DNA of 64,000 nucleotides from Octopus vulgaris (taxonomy: Eukaryota). The position numbers and the translations under genes were made by a program. Shown here one piece after another: positions 13,579 to 27,879 of this stretch (positions are counted from its first letter, which is position 1; the number at the start of each line of letters is the position of its first letter). The notes under the pieces are model-generated. The model had not been told where the DNA came from. It was given only the letters and a program-made list of their open reading frames with translations, and made no database searches. Where the stretch lies: contig OX597833.1 of NCBI GenBank assembly GCA_951406725.2, positions 27,094,001 to 27,158,000 on the forward strand. The letters run 5' to 3'.

Positions 13579-14123
13579 GAAAATCCTAACGATATTGAAT
13601 TCAGCGTTTAAACTTTGGTGAGGATATCACCTCCGGATATATTTGTGTAAATGAATATTAATTATACCTTGTATACAACATATCTTTCAAAATACATTAT
13701 CTGATTGTAAAGATGCATAGCACGAATGAATTACAAATGTAAATCTATATAAACATCAATCTACTCCGCAAATGGTAATGTTTGTTATGCGTCCACGGCT
13801 TGTTGCATAGTCTTGGCTTGTTGCATATCCATCTGCCAATATTAAAGTTATTACGTAATTCAGAGCGCTCAGAAACAGCCGTCAGACCTGAAATACCATG
13901 CTTTCTCCCCTTAGTTTTCTGTATCGTTTGCATTCCATGTGGATTTCTTCTGTAAAAATATGCATATTTATCTGCTTCTACATGAATGTTAATTTTCTAA
14001 ATATTTTCAGTTTTTGTTTCTCTCTCCACATATCTATATCCATATATATGTATATATATAAACCCAAGGGCTTGCATGTGTTTATGTGCATCATTATCTC
14101 TCTCTACATATATTCAAACGATG

Positions 14124-14195
<72 letters not shown>

Positions 14196-14666
14196 TACAG
14201 ATAGACAGACAGACAGACAGATAGATAGATACATACATACATACATACATACATGCGTGCATACATACATACATACATACACATATACATACATACATAC
14301 ATACATACATACATACATACATACATCCAACAGGCTGTATAATACCACTTGCTAAAATCAAAACCAATGCTCCAAAAAATCACTATAAACTCACGATAAA
14401 GATACATACAATGAACATATGAGAAATAGACTTACTTTTGCGTTGAATACATCAGTAAGTAATGTATATTTCAATATCAATTGATTTCACACTTTGCATG
14501 ACAAACATACTGTGCGTTCTTCTGTTGAAAATAAGATTTTAACATCTATTTCTAAAATATTCACTGCATTAGCTCGTGTGCGTTTCTTTCTTTAAACGGT
14601 GTGAACTTGCTATCAACCATATTATTATCTTATTGATACTATTAATAATGGCAATAATACTTCTAT

Positions 14667-14722
<56 letters not shown>

Positions 14723-15539
14723 TAGCATTAAAGACCCGTCGTTGTCGGGTCATAGTGCTAGTGCATGTATATATGTGCATATATATGTGTACATGTTACA
14801 TGTACATTTATATATATACATCTACACATAAAATACAAAATACAAAGTTATATGTTGATATCGCTAGTGATAACAATACTCAAAATATATAACAGACTGG
14901 AATTGTTAGCCCGTCTCTTGTAATTTCGATCAATTGTATCTTGTCCTCCCTTTTGTATAGAAGTGTGGCTACAATCCGACGGCTGCAGCGAAATTCATTT
15001 TGGACTTTCTTCTATCGAAGACATTTTAACAAAAATACTTCCGTGTAGACGGTGAAAATATTCTCAATTACCCCAAACAGGGACACAATTCAATTTTTAA
15101 ATAATAACCAAAGTTCCTTCTCCCAAAGGGGGAGGGTTACGGTTTACAATTATTTAAAAAATGCAACACAACAACGCTTCCCTTACGAGGAACCAACAAA
15201 CGTGATAACAATAGTTAAACAGAAATAATAATAACAACAAACCTTACGGTAAACCAAAAAGCAGTACTCTGTTGAAGCTATAGGCTAACAGCGGTACTCA
15301 GTAGATATTTCTTTATTACGATTATAAAAATCGGTACACAGAATTACAAATACAGGACATACATACAAAAACATTTAAGAGAATCGTTTAAAAATTGTTT
15401 AAATTCGTTATAAAAATATTAACCTTTGCTTAACTAGTATAGCAAACAACAGTAGGTAACCTTGTCGTCTCACTGGCGTTTTTACACCCCGGCAATTTGT
15501 GAGGCCCTGCAGCTTCCACTTCCTCTCTCTCCTCCATGA

Positions 15540-18500
15540 TCAAGCTGGGTTTCTCACACCCACCTTTCTTTCTACTTCCTTCCATCTTTTCTCGTACACA
15601 CCCCGCGGCAGGGTCCTCTTCTCCAGCCCCATTTTGCTCTTCAGATGATATCTGAAGTAAGTGAGCAAGCCGGGTCCGGAGATGAAGGACCCTATCGCGG
15701 CTCCTTCCATTCTCGTTCTCCACATGCATTCCTTTACCACTGCCACCGTGCAGTGGAAACATGCCTCACCTTCCTTCGAGAGTCCAGTTGGCGGTATCAT
15801 CTTAATCATAGACTCAGCCGACAGCTGTACTCGTCCCAGATGGGACAACACGTGTTCTGCGTAACTTATCAAGTCGGACAACTTCCGACAGTGAACAAAG
15901 GCGTGCTGGACGGTTTCATCGTCCAACCCGCACCTTGGACACGTCGGTGGCACTTGAACTCCGTGCCGCGATAACTTCTCGCGAACAGGTAAAGCATTCC
16001 TGTAGCACTGCCAGGCCAGGGATCTTTGGAAATTATCCAAATACCCCGACCTGAAAGTTTTTTTAAACAGGTTGGCGAGCTGGTCTTCATCAAACCCCAG
16101 AGCCCCTCCTAGGACGTCGTCATTTTTTACCTCCACCAGCCCTCTATAAAATACCGAGGTGGTATTTCCGCAGCCGGCCTTACCCGTCTTGTGGATCAGC
16201 GTGAGTGCCTGTCGGCACTCTTTTTGCCATGGAGTCAGTTTCCATCTTTTGATGTAACCGGGTTTAAAATTAACTAAGGAGGCCGGTCTCGGGAAAAATC
16301 CCTCTGCCAGCGGACTCCACACCTTATCACCCTCCAGGTGGTGCCAGAGGTGCCTTAGCCTCAACGCATGTCTGCGCATCATCAACCAAGGCATCCCTAA
16401 CCCGCCCTTTAACGGTTCTTGGCAGCAAACGGATCGTCTCACAAGTGGCTTTCCTCCTTTCCACAAAAAGCGGAAAAGGATTCGTTCCAACTTGTTAAGC
16501 CATGAATCGGGGCAAGGGACAACGGTCAGGCGGTAGGTGATTACAGATGCAATAAACATCTGCACCACCTCCGCCCTTCCTTTCAGGGACAGAGACCTTC
16601 CGGACCAGGTCCGTACTATGGCCTCCACCCTGCTCGTCACCTCGCTCCAGTTCTTCTCCGTTTGGGAGTCTGGTCCAAACCAAACTCCCAGCAACTTAAC
16701 AGGGCCATCCGTCCAGTGTCCCACGACACTGGACGATATCGGCTTGCTCCTCCAGGTGCCGAGGCGCAAGCCAACCGATTTGTCCTTGTTAACCTTTGCT
16801 CCTGCCACCGCCTCGTATCCTCTGATAACCTCCTCCACACAAGGTAGTTGGGCCTCTTTGGACACGATGAGGGTGACGTCATCCGCGTAAGCAGTCACCG
16901 TCCTCCCACCTCCGATTTCATCCGAGTTACTCCCCAGCCTCTCCAACTTTCGCAGCAGTGGCTCAAGAGCCAATACGTACAAAAGTGGTGACAAGGGGCA
17001 CCCCTGACGCACTGAACACTTGATCGAAAACGGTTCCGTTAGGTAACCGTTTATCTGGACGGTGGACTTGATGCCGCTATACATAGCGGAGATCCACCCG
17101 CGAAATTCAGGGCCCAGCCCAGTCGCTTCGAGGACCGTCGCCAGGTACCCATGGTCTACCCTATCGAAGGCTTTACTTTGGTCTAAATGGACCATTACCC
17201 CACCTTTGCCGGCTAATTTACCCACCCTATCTAAGGTGTAGCGTATAAGGTGAAGATTGTCCTGGATCGACCTGCCTGGAATTGCACATGTCTGTGCTCT
17301 CCCTACAAGTTTCTCCACGACAACCGTCAACCTTTTTGCTAACACCTTGGCCAGAATCTTTAACTCTACATTAAGTAGAGTTATGGGCCTGTAGTTACTA
17401 ATATTATCCCCCTTGCTCGGGTCTTTCTGGATTAGCGTCACCACTCCCCGGCTTACAGAACTGGGGATTCTCCCATTCTGCTGCCAGTTCGTGTAGACGC
17501 CTGCCAGTATTCCCCCGAACAAGTCCGGCATACTTTGGTAAAACTCATAGGGCAGACCATCCAACCCCGGCGACTTCTCCCCGGCGCATCCGGCCAGTAT
17601 CTCCTTTATCTCCGCGGGAGTGATCGCTCCCTCACAGCACTCCACTTCACGCCCCGCGAGCCGCGGTCCGCCGGCCAGGAAGTCCTTTAAGGCCCTCCCC
17701 GATCCAGCGAACCACCACCCCCGAACACGCGAGCGAAATGCTGGTGAAGAAACTTTTGCATCTCCTCCTGTCCATAGATCTTTTGTCCCTGTTCGTCAGT
17801 CAAAGATTTAATTGAGGCTCTATTGCCTCTCTTACTCTCCACACGACGGGCCCATCCGGCCACGTTAATACCTTCTCGTTTCCCAGCACGCAGCTTAGCT
17901 CTGACTCTGCAACCTTCGTACTTGGAGTTAAGGTGACGGTACAATACCGTCCTTGCCGCCAACACTCCGGATGCAGAGCCAGCTTCCATTGCCTCGTCTA
18001 GATTCTTGACTAAATCGCCCTCTAGACTAGCCCTATCTATCCTTAGCTGATTGCTAAATCTGACGGACTCTAAACGAATGGCTCTTTTGAGGGCGTGCCA
18101 CCATCTATTGTTAATGATGGTGCCACACAATGCCCTCTGAACTAACACCTTAATCCGGGTACGGAAGTCTTCACAATTCAAAATAGCCTTGTTCAGCTTC
18201 CAGTACCCGGGTCCCTGTCTATGACACTTGTCTAATTGCACCTCACACGTCACAAATTTGTGATCCGAGTAAGGTACAATATGAAATTGTGGACAACTAA
18301 ACGTATCCTTATCTCTTTTCTTAATAAATATCCTATCTAGATACGATCTGTGTGAGCCGTCGTTGTTACTCCACGTCCACTGTGGAACGCTCGGCTCATC
18401 CAGTCGGTAACGGTCCACTAGATCAAAGCTCTCTAGTAGACCCTTGAGGCTAGGGTTCCCCTTCCTATTGGTTGAGCCAACACTGTCGATGTGCGCTTCA

Positions 18501-18927
18501 AGGACAGTGTTAAAGTCCCCTACTAGGATTACTGTTTTCGACGTCGCTAAAAAGGGCTCCAGGTTCCGGAAAAAACCCGTCTGTCTACCCTCGTTCGGGG
18601 CGTAGACAGCTACCAACCTGAAGGACTGTTTACTTACGTGAGTCACATCCAGGACAACCAGCCTGCCTTCTGGGTCCAGAAAGACAGTACTTACCTGCAA
18701 GTCCAAGCTCTTCCTGATGAAGACTGCCACGCCTCTGCCTCTTCCTCGGCTAGGAGAAATAAATTTCTCGAAACCATTTAGAAGAGGCGAGAACGCTGGG
18801 TCTCGCTCATCTTGGACTCGGTTGCAATAGCAATATCTACACTGTGTGTCGTGAGGTCGTTCAGGAAACAAATTTGTTTCCGTTTCGACCCCATTCCACG
18901 TACATTTATACAGCCCAGCTTAGCCAT
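15540..18927 (-). pseudogene. LINE ORF2 (APE endonuclease + reverse transcriptase + C-terminal zinc finger), two frameshifts
   Basis: MAKLGCINVRG start at 18927; VYAP, GDFN, SYLDRIF, SDH (APE); KSPGLDG, YRPITLL, KAFDRV, QGCPLSP, YADD (RT); CPRC...H...C; frameshifts near 18800 and 17700. Confidence 0.9.
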
Positions 18928-18985
18928 TGTGGGTGAGAGAAGGAAATGTATATACTCACGGTTGCGAGAGGGAGCATGACAGTTT

Positions 18986-20379
18986 CAATCTGCCTGCTTC
19001 CCTTTCTTCCGTTGCTGCAGGGTTCTTGACCGGCGTTGCCACTGGGCTCTGGGTGGGTGTGGTTGCCGGGGTTATTGCCAGTTTACCCTCCATTACCTCC
19101 TTGGTTACATCTCTAATAAGACGGTTCCTCAGGTGTTCCTGAAGAACCTCCTCCTTCCACTCGTTCTCCCCTACCTTCGCGAAACGAGCGGTCGCCTTCC
19201 CATCTGAGGTTCTACTATACAGTGGAAATCTCGCGAGTTTGCAGCATTTGTAAACTTTTTCATTTTTTTCATCAAAGGCTATAATTCTTTCGTTTTTCGA
19301 TATGCACTTTTTGATGTCTTGTTTTATGGGGAGGGGTTTGGCAAACTGTTTTCCAATGAAAACAGTGCCATGGGGGTAGGGTTGGGGGATTTGTTTAATG
19401 TGTGTGTCTGCTGTGTTTGTTGTTTTTTTCCTTGTTTGGGGAGGGGAGTCCTGGGTATTCTCTTTTTTCTTTTGTGTGTGACTTGTGTGTAGTCCATTGG
19501 TTCTTTTGAATCCGTTTTCGTTTCCGTACTTGTCTTCTTCATTTGGTTGTTCTTGCTTGTTTCCTCCCCTTCAGTGACAGGTACACTTTGAGGAGGCGTT
19601 TCTTCTGTTCTTTTTTTCTTAATGCAGTTGGACCGGACGTGACCCTTCTCTCCACACTTGAAGCATCTGGGTCTACGTCCCTCCACCGACACTCTCATGG
19701 ACGTGCCGTCCTCATTAAAAATTCTGTCAGGCAGTCTCTCCAAGATCTTGTTCTCTGCCTGTACGAGGAGTTCCAAGGTCTGACCCTTCCAGCGTACCAC
19801 TTCCTTCCTTCTCATTTGCAGAATTGAAATTTCCCGCTCCATGTTGTGTAGTACCGCCGCTGCCACCCACATGATGTCGTACCCTCTGGGTATGTCATCT
19901 ACCACTAACTTTGCAGTTCGTTTCCCCATATACGAGGGTAACAACATGATGTCGTCGCTTTTTAAGGTTAACGACGACACCTCCTTCGCCACTTCTGCCG
20001 TGTCGAAGTGCACCTCTACCGTAGCACTACGTGCGCCTCTCGCGATGTGACGAATTCTGTCCCACACCGGGGACAGGCACTTCTCAACAATTTCGTTTTT
20101 CGCGTCCATAATCTTTTTTTCCTTAAAGCTATACACTTTATAAGTTACAATCCTTTCCTTGATTTCTTGCACTTTCGCTTGCGGCGGTACCAGCCTTATC
20201 TCTCCTCCTTCCACCTTTACAAGATTTCTGTATTCATACAGCTGTTCGATCTTGAATTCGACCTCTATCATAGCGCCGCCCACCGCGGCCGAGAATGACT
20301 GTTTGGTTACTGGGTTTTCCATGGTTTCACCTTTTCCCATCACGGGAAAATCGTCCTTCGACGTTAAGTCGAACTCCAT
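18986..20379 (-). pseudogene. LINE ORF1 (gag-like, CCHC zinc knuckle), frameshifted near 19350
   Basis: RCFKCGEKGHVRSNC knuckle in ORF 19324..20412; position upstream of ORF2; 3' end approximate. Confidence 0.75.
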
Positions 20380-21049
20380 CACCTCAAAGGTAGCAAATTT
20401 CAAATAATACAAAATTTTCTGCCCCGTAGGGCGAAAATCACCGTTTCACAACGGGCACTGTTCAAAGCAGTTGGTACAAACAATAAATTCACAACTTCGA
20501 CTCTCTTAAATGGAGGCAGCAATTTTCTCACAACGCAAACAGAAAAATAACGCAATTAACAGAAGCGGTACTCAGTAGAATGCTTAATGCTAGCTAATTA
20601 GCAAATAATCTAATGTAAAAGCCGTGCACACCTCCATCTGGACTATTCCATTTCTGCACTTAAATTTTATTTTTTATTTATTCCCATTCATGTGAAACCA
20701 CTGATTCAAGTTCAAGTCATTGATGCAATTTTATACCAATTACTATATTGTTACTTTTCTTATGTTACGATTAATATTATACTTTAGTTTGATTTTAATT
20801 ATTACTTACTACATATAATTCAATTGTTATTATTATTTTTATTGTTAAAGTGAAAGTATCTGACATAAAATAGAGAAATGTTTTTGTTTCACTTTTAACA
20901 CGTAATACTGAAATAGTGGAGAAGATATGATATTGCTATGGGCTCGGTCTAGGCAAGAAGTTGAACATTTTTTTTTGCCCATGAAACTACATGGACTCTA
21001 AGTAAGGCATGTGTAAAATTTGAATGAAATTGGTTGTGTTTTATAAAAG

Positions 21050-22632
21050 GATCAGTAAAGAATTCATTACTAAATCAATTGAATTCATCCTACAAAATAA
21101 CCACTTCATGTTTGACAATACATTTTACCGTCAAAAATCCAGAATTGCTATGGGTACAAGGGCAGCACCAGTCATTACGAACCTAACAATGGGCTACCTG
21201 GAAATAATCATTTACCAGGAATCTTTATCAATCTTTGGAAACCTCCTCTCTCAATACATAAAAGAGAATTGGAAACGATTCCTGGACGATTGTTTTATAC
21301 TCTGGAATGAAAACACAGATAAACTGCTAAAATTCAAAAACCTATTGAACAGCATAAACCCAAATATACAGTTCACAATGGAATACAACAAAAAGGAGCT
21401 CCCATTCTTGGATATACTAATTAAAAAATTAACCTTAAAATAGAAACAGACATTTTTTACAAAGCCACAGACGCCAAACAATACCTACTTTTTGATTCAT
21501 GCCACCCAAGACACACTAATACAAACATCCCCTTCAAACTTGCAAGAAGGATATGCACAATAGTGTCAGAACAAAATACCAGGAACTTTAGACTGCAAGA
21601 ACTCAAAAACACCCTAATTGACAGACATTACCCAGCTCAACTCATAGAGGATAGGATCAGACGTGCAACAGAAATCAACATAGAAACTTTGAGAAAAGTT
21701 CAACACAACAACACACCTTCCCCGAAAATACTACCTTATATATCCACATACAACCCCAGAAACAAAGAAGCCTTCACCATCATCACCCAGAATTTACCAA
21801 TACTTCATAAGGACCCCAAATTAAAGGAAATTCTAAACACACACCAAATCATTAAAAGCTACAAACAACCTAAATCACTTAAAAAGATTCTCACAAAAGC
21901 AAAATTGTTTTCTGAAATTACGGATGCAAAAGTAAAAAAATGTGGTAGACCGAACTGTGCAACATGTCCAAACCTGCTAGAAGGATCAGAATTCCTCTTC
22001 AAAGAGGGACAGAAATTCAAGATCAAATCTAATTTTACTTGTGCCTCTGAAAACATAATTTATGTCATAAAATGCTCGGGCTGCCACCAAAACTACGTGG
22101 GGTCCACGGGACTATCACTCAGACGTAGAGGCACACTGCATCGACAACAGATTGCATTCCCAGAATACAGAATGATACCCTTTAGTGAGCACATTGAGAA
22201 ATGCGCTAAGCAACTACTACCACAATTTTTAATCTTTCCATTTTACCAATGTGCTATCGGAACACCAACACAAATTAGACTAAACAAGGAAACATTCTTT
22301 ATTGAAAAATACAAGCCCAAACTTAACCATTCCAACATTCTTATAAAGAGAAACTCACTCCAAAAAAAAGGCAAGAAATATTAAGCGATTATCTCCCTTA
22401 CACCGGAAGAAATCACTTATTACCTACCCTTATCTGGAACTCTCTCCTTCACACTTCTCAACGTAAACATAACGATGTAAGAAATTTGAAAAGCTGAACG
22501 CGAAACCGGTCATTTCTTCAAAAACTATGTCATTGTATGAAAAAAATTTATAACATTCTTCAGACATAATGACTCAAATATATATTTTTTAACCTTTTAA
22601 AACAAGCCTTCTGTAGCTTTTTCACTTTTTAC

Positions 22633-22640
<8 letters not shown>
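21050..22640 (+). mobile_element. 5'-truncated Penelope-like element (RT + GIY-YIG) with 3' HHR
   Basis: MGTRAAP, WKRFLDD, LPFLD (PLE RT); CxxxxCxxC linker; NIIYVIKC..C..NYVGST (GIY-YIG); frameshifted; ends in (TA)n. Confidence 0.9.
22479..22518 (+). ncRNA. Minimal type I hammerhead, U3-A8 variant, in the PLE 3' region
   Basis: AAGAAAT-TTGAAAA-GC(TGAAC)GC-GAAA-CCGG-TC-ATTTCTT: 7-bp helix I, palindrome ACCGGT, GUC. Confidence 0.8.
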
Positions 22641-22682
<42 letters not shown>

Positions 22683-23116
22683 ACACACTCACACATAGAT
22701 GCACACCGTGGTATATATACATACATATACATATATACATACATACATACGCACATACATACATACGCACAATAGTAAAACAAAAGTTCTGTGATATAGA
22801 GATAAATATCTGATAATAGGTTTTAGGGTATAGTTTTGGGAGTAAGGGTCATAAATCACTTCCTAGCTTCGGCGGGGGGAAGTTGAAATTTGATATTATT
22901 GTGTTGAGTGGTAACTCTACATCTATCCATCGCTACAGCTTTATGTTTATAGTGTGTATGTGCGTGCATATACACACACATATATATATATACATACATA
23001 CATACCTACATGCATACATACATACATACATACACACATGTATGCATACATACACACATACATACGTACATATATATGACGAACTAACTGTTACTTTCTC
23101 AGATGCAGCACGGATT

Positions 23117-23166
23117 TTTGTCAGTGAACAGGTCGCGGATTTTAGCGACGAAAATATTTTGACAAA
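23117..23166 (+). ncRNA. Hammerhead-like motif, G3-C8 variant
   Basis: TTTGTCA-GTGAACA-G-GTCGC(GGATTTTA)GCGAC-GAAA-ATAT-TT-TGACAAA: 7-bp helix I, 5-bp helix II, palindrome AATATT. Confidence 0.65.
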
Positions 23167-23310
23167 TTAAACTTAAATGTTGAAGTGAATCGAACGGCTT
23201 TTGTGTGTTTCTTAAATGGCTTATAAACACCTTCCACGCTACAATTATACATATATTATTATTCATTCTTTTATACATTTCAGCCACTAGGCTGTGACAA
23301 TGTTGGAGCA

Positions 23311-23387
<77 letters not shown>

Positions 23388-24369
23388 CATACATACTAAC
23401 ACTCATACATATACTTACATACATATGCACCGAAGCATTCCTACAGCCAAAAATTGTAGCTCTGGCTGCAAATAATATAGCTGAAAATAACTAAAGAAAG
23501 TTGCAACAGAAATTTGATGTAATCCCGAGAATATTTCGTCTTATGCTGTCCTCTTCAGCAAGCGTAAAAATAGACCTGCATATTAAAGGGACCTCGGCCT
23601 TTAAACCGTATAAAGTTTTGATTCATTCAGCAGCAATTATTTTCATGTAAGTGGACTGTGTTACTTGTAGATTAAAAGTTTCGGCAGTGACAAATAACAG
23701 GCCATTTAAGAATCATTGATCACTCATCGAACTAGCCAATTAGTTGATTGGGGTATTTACTATTCGTCCATTCGTGCTCTTGTACATTTAAGCATGAGCA
23801 CACACATTTAAAAAGAACTTTAATTATATTCTAACCATAATCTGTTCTCATTTCAAAAAGGAAAGAAGATATTTAAAAATGACTATAAACTTTGGCTGAA
23901 TTTTAGTTCCAGGTGTAAAAACTTTATTAATAAATCAAAATAGGCGAAATGAGATTAAAATAATTGCAGTTGAAGCTAATTTTAGAGCCTATTCTCAGGC
24001 ATACAAATAAACGAATCACACACTCTCCACACATTTTTGTTAATTTTCTATTTCCCAGTAGTAAACTAATTTTCACAAAAACAAAATATAATGAAAGGCA
24101 AATTTTATATTATATAATATTATACTATGTTATGCTATATTTTATTTTGTCTCGAATGACAGAAGTGACAAAAATTATCGTTGAATATGAGATCATATGA
24201 CTGTAAACATCCCGTTTTATGTCCTCCATATTTGTTGTAGTTGTTGCAATTGACAAGTGAATGTTTTCGAAACACTTTGAACAGCGAAAAAAAGGAATTC
24301 ACGAAATCAAGGGCAGGATCTGAACGACGTGAATATCGATTGATTGAATATTTGAAAGTTGATAACATG

Positions 24370-24450
<81 letters not shown>

Positions 24451-24914
24451 ATATATATATATACACATTCAAACGTGTGTGTGTGTGAACGCGTGCATCT
24501 GTGGAAAATAAAATACCACAAAAAAGTGCTGATTAAACTGTGTAAAATGTATGTAAAGTCTATGTGTTTATTCATGTGTAAGATAAACAATGATTATATT
24601 TCTTATTTACATTAATGGTCGACCTGACCTCTTATGAAAGATCCAGGGAAAATGTCGACAACAACGTTGTTCTCTAAGCTCAATTTTCCATGATCTTATC
24701 AAGGTTATCGGTTTAGTGTCAAATTACAATACGTGGAAGGTTCTTGAATGCATCTGCTGCTTTCCCTTGCTTCTTAAGAACTGTTAAGGCTCCTCAGAAA
24801 GATACGAGGGGAGAAACCATTTATGCGACGAAACCGTTCTCTATCTTCCCGCTAGCTTCTTATCAAAGCAATGTTTTTGCTTCTATTTTATTTACTTAAA
24901 TTTAATACAGGTTC

Positions 24915-25065
24915 AGGGTAGGTGTGTCATTAAAAAACTGGCTTCACAACACAACCGTGCGATCTTGGGTTCAGACCATTGGGCGACACCCATGATCTAT
25001 AGCCCTGCGCTAACCAAAGCATTTTGAGTGGATTTCGTAGACGAAAACTGAAGGAAGCACTCGTG
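24915..25065 (+). mobile_element. Bipartite SINE, 5' part
   Basis: Similar to 39434-39598. Confidence 0.55.
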
Positions 25066-25103
25066 ATATAATAAATAACACATAAAAGTATGTCTGTGCA
25101 TTC

Positions 25104-25159
<56 letters not shown>

Positions 25160-25301
25160 ATAGATAGACATACACATACACACACACACATGCAATACAC
25201 AAGCACACATACGTGTGTACATATAAATATGCGAGTGAGTGTGCTTGTATATATATTGTGTGTGTGTATGTATGCATATACATATACAAATAGATAGTTA
25301 A

Positions 25302-25379
<78 letters not shown>

Positions 25380-25600
25380 TGATAGATAGATAGATAGATA
25401 GATAAATGAGAGAGGAAAGATTTTTTACTTGTTCGTATATCAGTGAGGTTTTTACATACTAAATAACAAATATTGTTTGAGAAAATAGAGTTAACTATAC
25501 ATGTTTACTAATGACAGACTTGCAGCGTATGTTAATCATTAGCAAACACGCATACATATGGGCATTTACTTAGATACACCCACACATAAGTACATACGCT

Positions 25601-25648
<48 letters not shown>

Positions 25649-27632
25649 CATATATATACACAAATACATACATACACATACGTGTAGGTACGGATTTACA
25701 TGTGGGTGTCAGATTCAACATTTCAGATAATATTTTCAAAATACTATTAAAAAGAAAAAAGTTTTCTACCTGCGTAAATTTACATGAATGTTGTAACAGT
25801 AACTAGTTCATTCAGAACGAAGTGCGTTGGTTAATTAGTGAAAGGGGAGTGTATAATTAAATTTTAGGACAAAAAAGTTTCACTTGACTCGGCTTTTTTT
25901 TTTTTTTTTCACAATACTTTGAAAAAACACTTTGAAAGTTCATTAATAAAACGTTTCTCCACTATTATGATTCCGTTTCTCTACTTTGCAGTAGAGAATA
26001 CAAAAGAGCTTAAAAGCAACTCTGCTTTAAAAAAGTTTAGAGACTGATATATTGTTTATTCATGTGTACGGTGAACATGAATTACAATTTTGAACCACAC
26101 TTTCAGTTGTCTGTTGTACATAACAATAGTTTAAGAAATGTCAATTTGTGGGGCAAAGCTGTGTCTGTGTGCGCGCGCGCTCGTGTGTGTGTGTGTGTGT
26201 GTATAAGGTTAACATAACGCGAGAATGGAGGATAAGACGCTTTAATTGTAGTCACGCTATTTGTTTCTACCTGCACCGCACACCAATTTTAAGATGTTGA
26301 ATTTATGTTAATAAACCATTATAGAAGAACATTGTATATAATCTTTATACAGTTGAATACTACTCAGCAACAGCCGCGTGTGGGCGCTTCATCGGGTGCA
26401 ATACGATTAATTCCTGTTGAGTTCTTCTGAATACTCTTCGTATATGATGTACATTACTTCATTCATCCAATCTAGTCAGGAACTTGGAATTTTGTACCAA
26501 GCTTTGCATTTATGTTGTTAGCGCTATCATATATTTGTTATGTGCGCCTTAGACAAAGGAACATACTGACATCGCTTGAAAATGCTCGAAAGATTTTACT
26601 AGAAGTGTCTACGGTGAATATTAAAGATCAGCTGGAAATCTTTAGTGTTTGACATAGAAGTCATGAAAAGGGTCCTGTGTCTCAGTTTGGAAGTTCACCT
26701 CATCAAGTAACATATGCGAAAGGTTAGGCATGTCATCCATCTTCCCGATTTCAAGCTTCCGAAGCAATGATTTTACAGTTAATTAGTTTTCAGTGAGCAT
26801 CCGCAACAGATGACGTCGCAAATCAAACCTTGCGTCTTTGAACATTAATACTGTTAACTGGCAATTGTAATTAATAAAGACATGAAAATCAGAGTAAAAC
26901 TTAATATAGTGTTCTGCAACAGGAGGAACCGCTTATAGTTTGAGGAAATTCGAACTGCCAATTAAACTGGGAAATAGCCACCTCTGAAATCTCCATGCTG
27001 TTAGAGTTCTGTATGGTTAATGGCCTAAAGGAAATCTCGTTTGCACACTCGTTTGCACACATTAGCCTTTCAAAAGGCGACATTGTTACTCATGAGAAGT
27101 CGAATCTCAAGAAAAGAAAACTAAGTATTTACGAGAATATACTTTTCACGGTTCATGAGAAGCGCTACTATCCTTTAAATCTTAAAGTGTGTTTATCTAC
27201 TGTGGAGTTGAAAATAAAACTTGAGTGAATGCATAAAGATACGACCGCAGCTGATAAGATATTTGGTAAAATTCTGTGGTATATTTGACAAAAACAAAAA
27301 TGAAAACACTGCCAAGATTAGGTACTCATTTGAGAACTCGTGTCGGCTACTTCATAGTCACTACACATATACGATAGTACTACCACCTCTACTCTAGCTT
27401 ATTTTCTTGTTTTTCTTTTTTTAAAAAACGGAGCCATGAAAGAAAAGCCTTTACATGTAAATATATAAAAAAGCATGGAAGTGGAAAAAGAGAATTTGTA
27501 ATATTTCCTTAGAAAATAAGGTAGAAATATTCTTCACTTCAGCAAAGGATCAAAGCTTTTCACACAAGGAACCGCCAAAATCATGCATTAAAACAGAATA
27601 CAATACAAAGCTTCAGAATATTATGCGAAATT

Positions 27633-27855
27633 AAGGTTGCGAGCTGGCAGAATCGTTACAACGCCTGGCAAAATGCTGCTAAGCATTTTGTTCGTCATTA
27701 CACTCAGAGTTCCCATTCCACCGAGGTCAACTTCACCTTCCATCCTTTCGGGGTCGATAAAATAAGTACCAGTTGAGTACTGAGGTCAATGTAATCGACT
27801 TACACCTTCCCCACCCCGAACTTGATAGCCTTGTACCAACATTTGAAACCAATAT
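27633..27855 (+). mobile_element. Nin-domain-type SINE
   Basis: CCTTCCATCCTTTCGGGGTCGATAAAATAAGTACCAGTTGAGTACTG. Confidence 0.75.
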
Positions 27856-27879
27856 TTAGAACTAGGTAGGAACACATAA

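Larger units (their letters stand above)
15306..20563 (-). mobile_element. Near full-length L1/Tx1-clade LINE
   Basis: ORF1 with CCHC knuckle and ORF2 APE-RT-zf; 16-bp TSD AGCGGTACTCAGTAGA at 15290-15305 and 20564-20579; AATAAA at the 3' end. Confidence 0.92.
14722..21045 (-). mobile_element. Non-autonomous Helitron-like element interrupted by a LINE
   Basis: Minus-strand 3' end: GACCCG/CGGGTC hairpin followed by CTAG|T at 14722-14725; sequence resumes after the LINE TSD; distal boundary uncertain. Confidence 0.55.

Noticed and set aside
13745-13933. Possible host exon on the minus strand with TTCAG acceptor
   Set aside because: No recognisable protein motif or partner exons; needs RNA-seq
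15430-20407. Overlapping antisense and alternative-frame ORFs within the LINE
   Set aside because: Shadow ORFs expected in GC-richer coding DNA; no motifs
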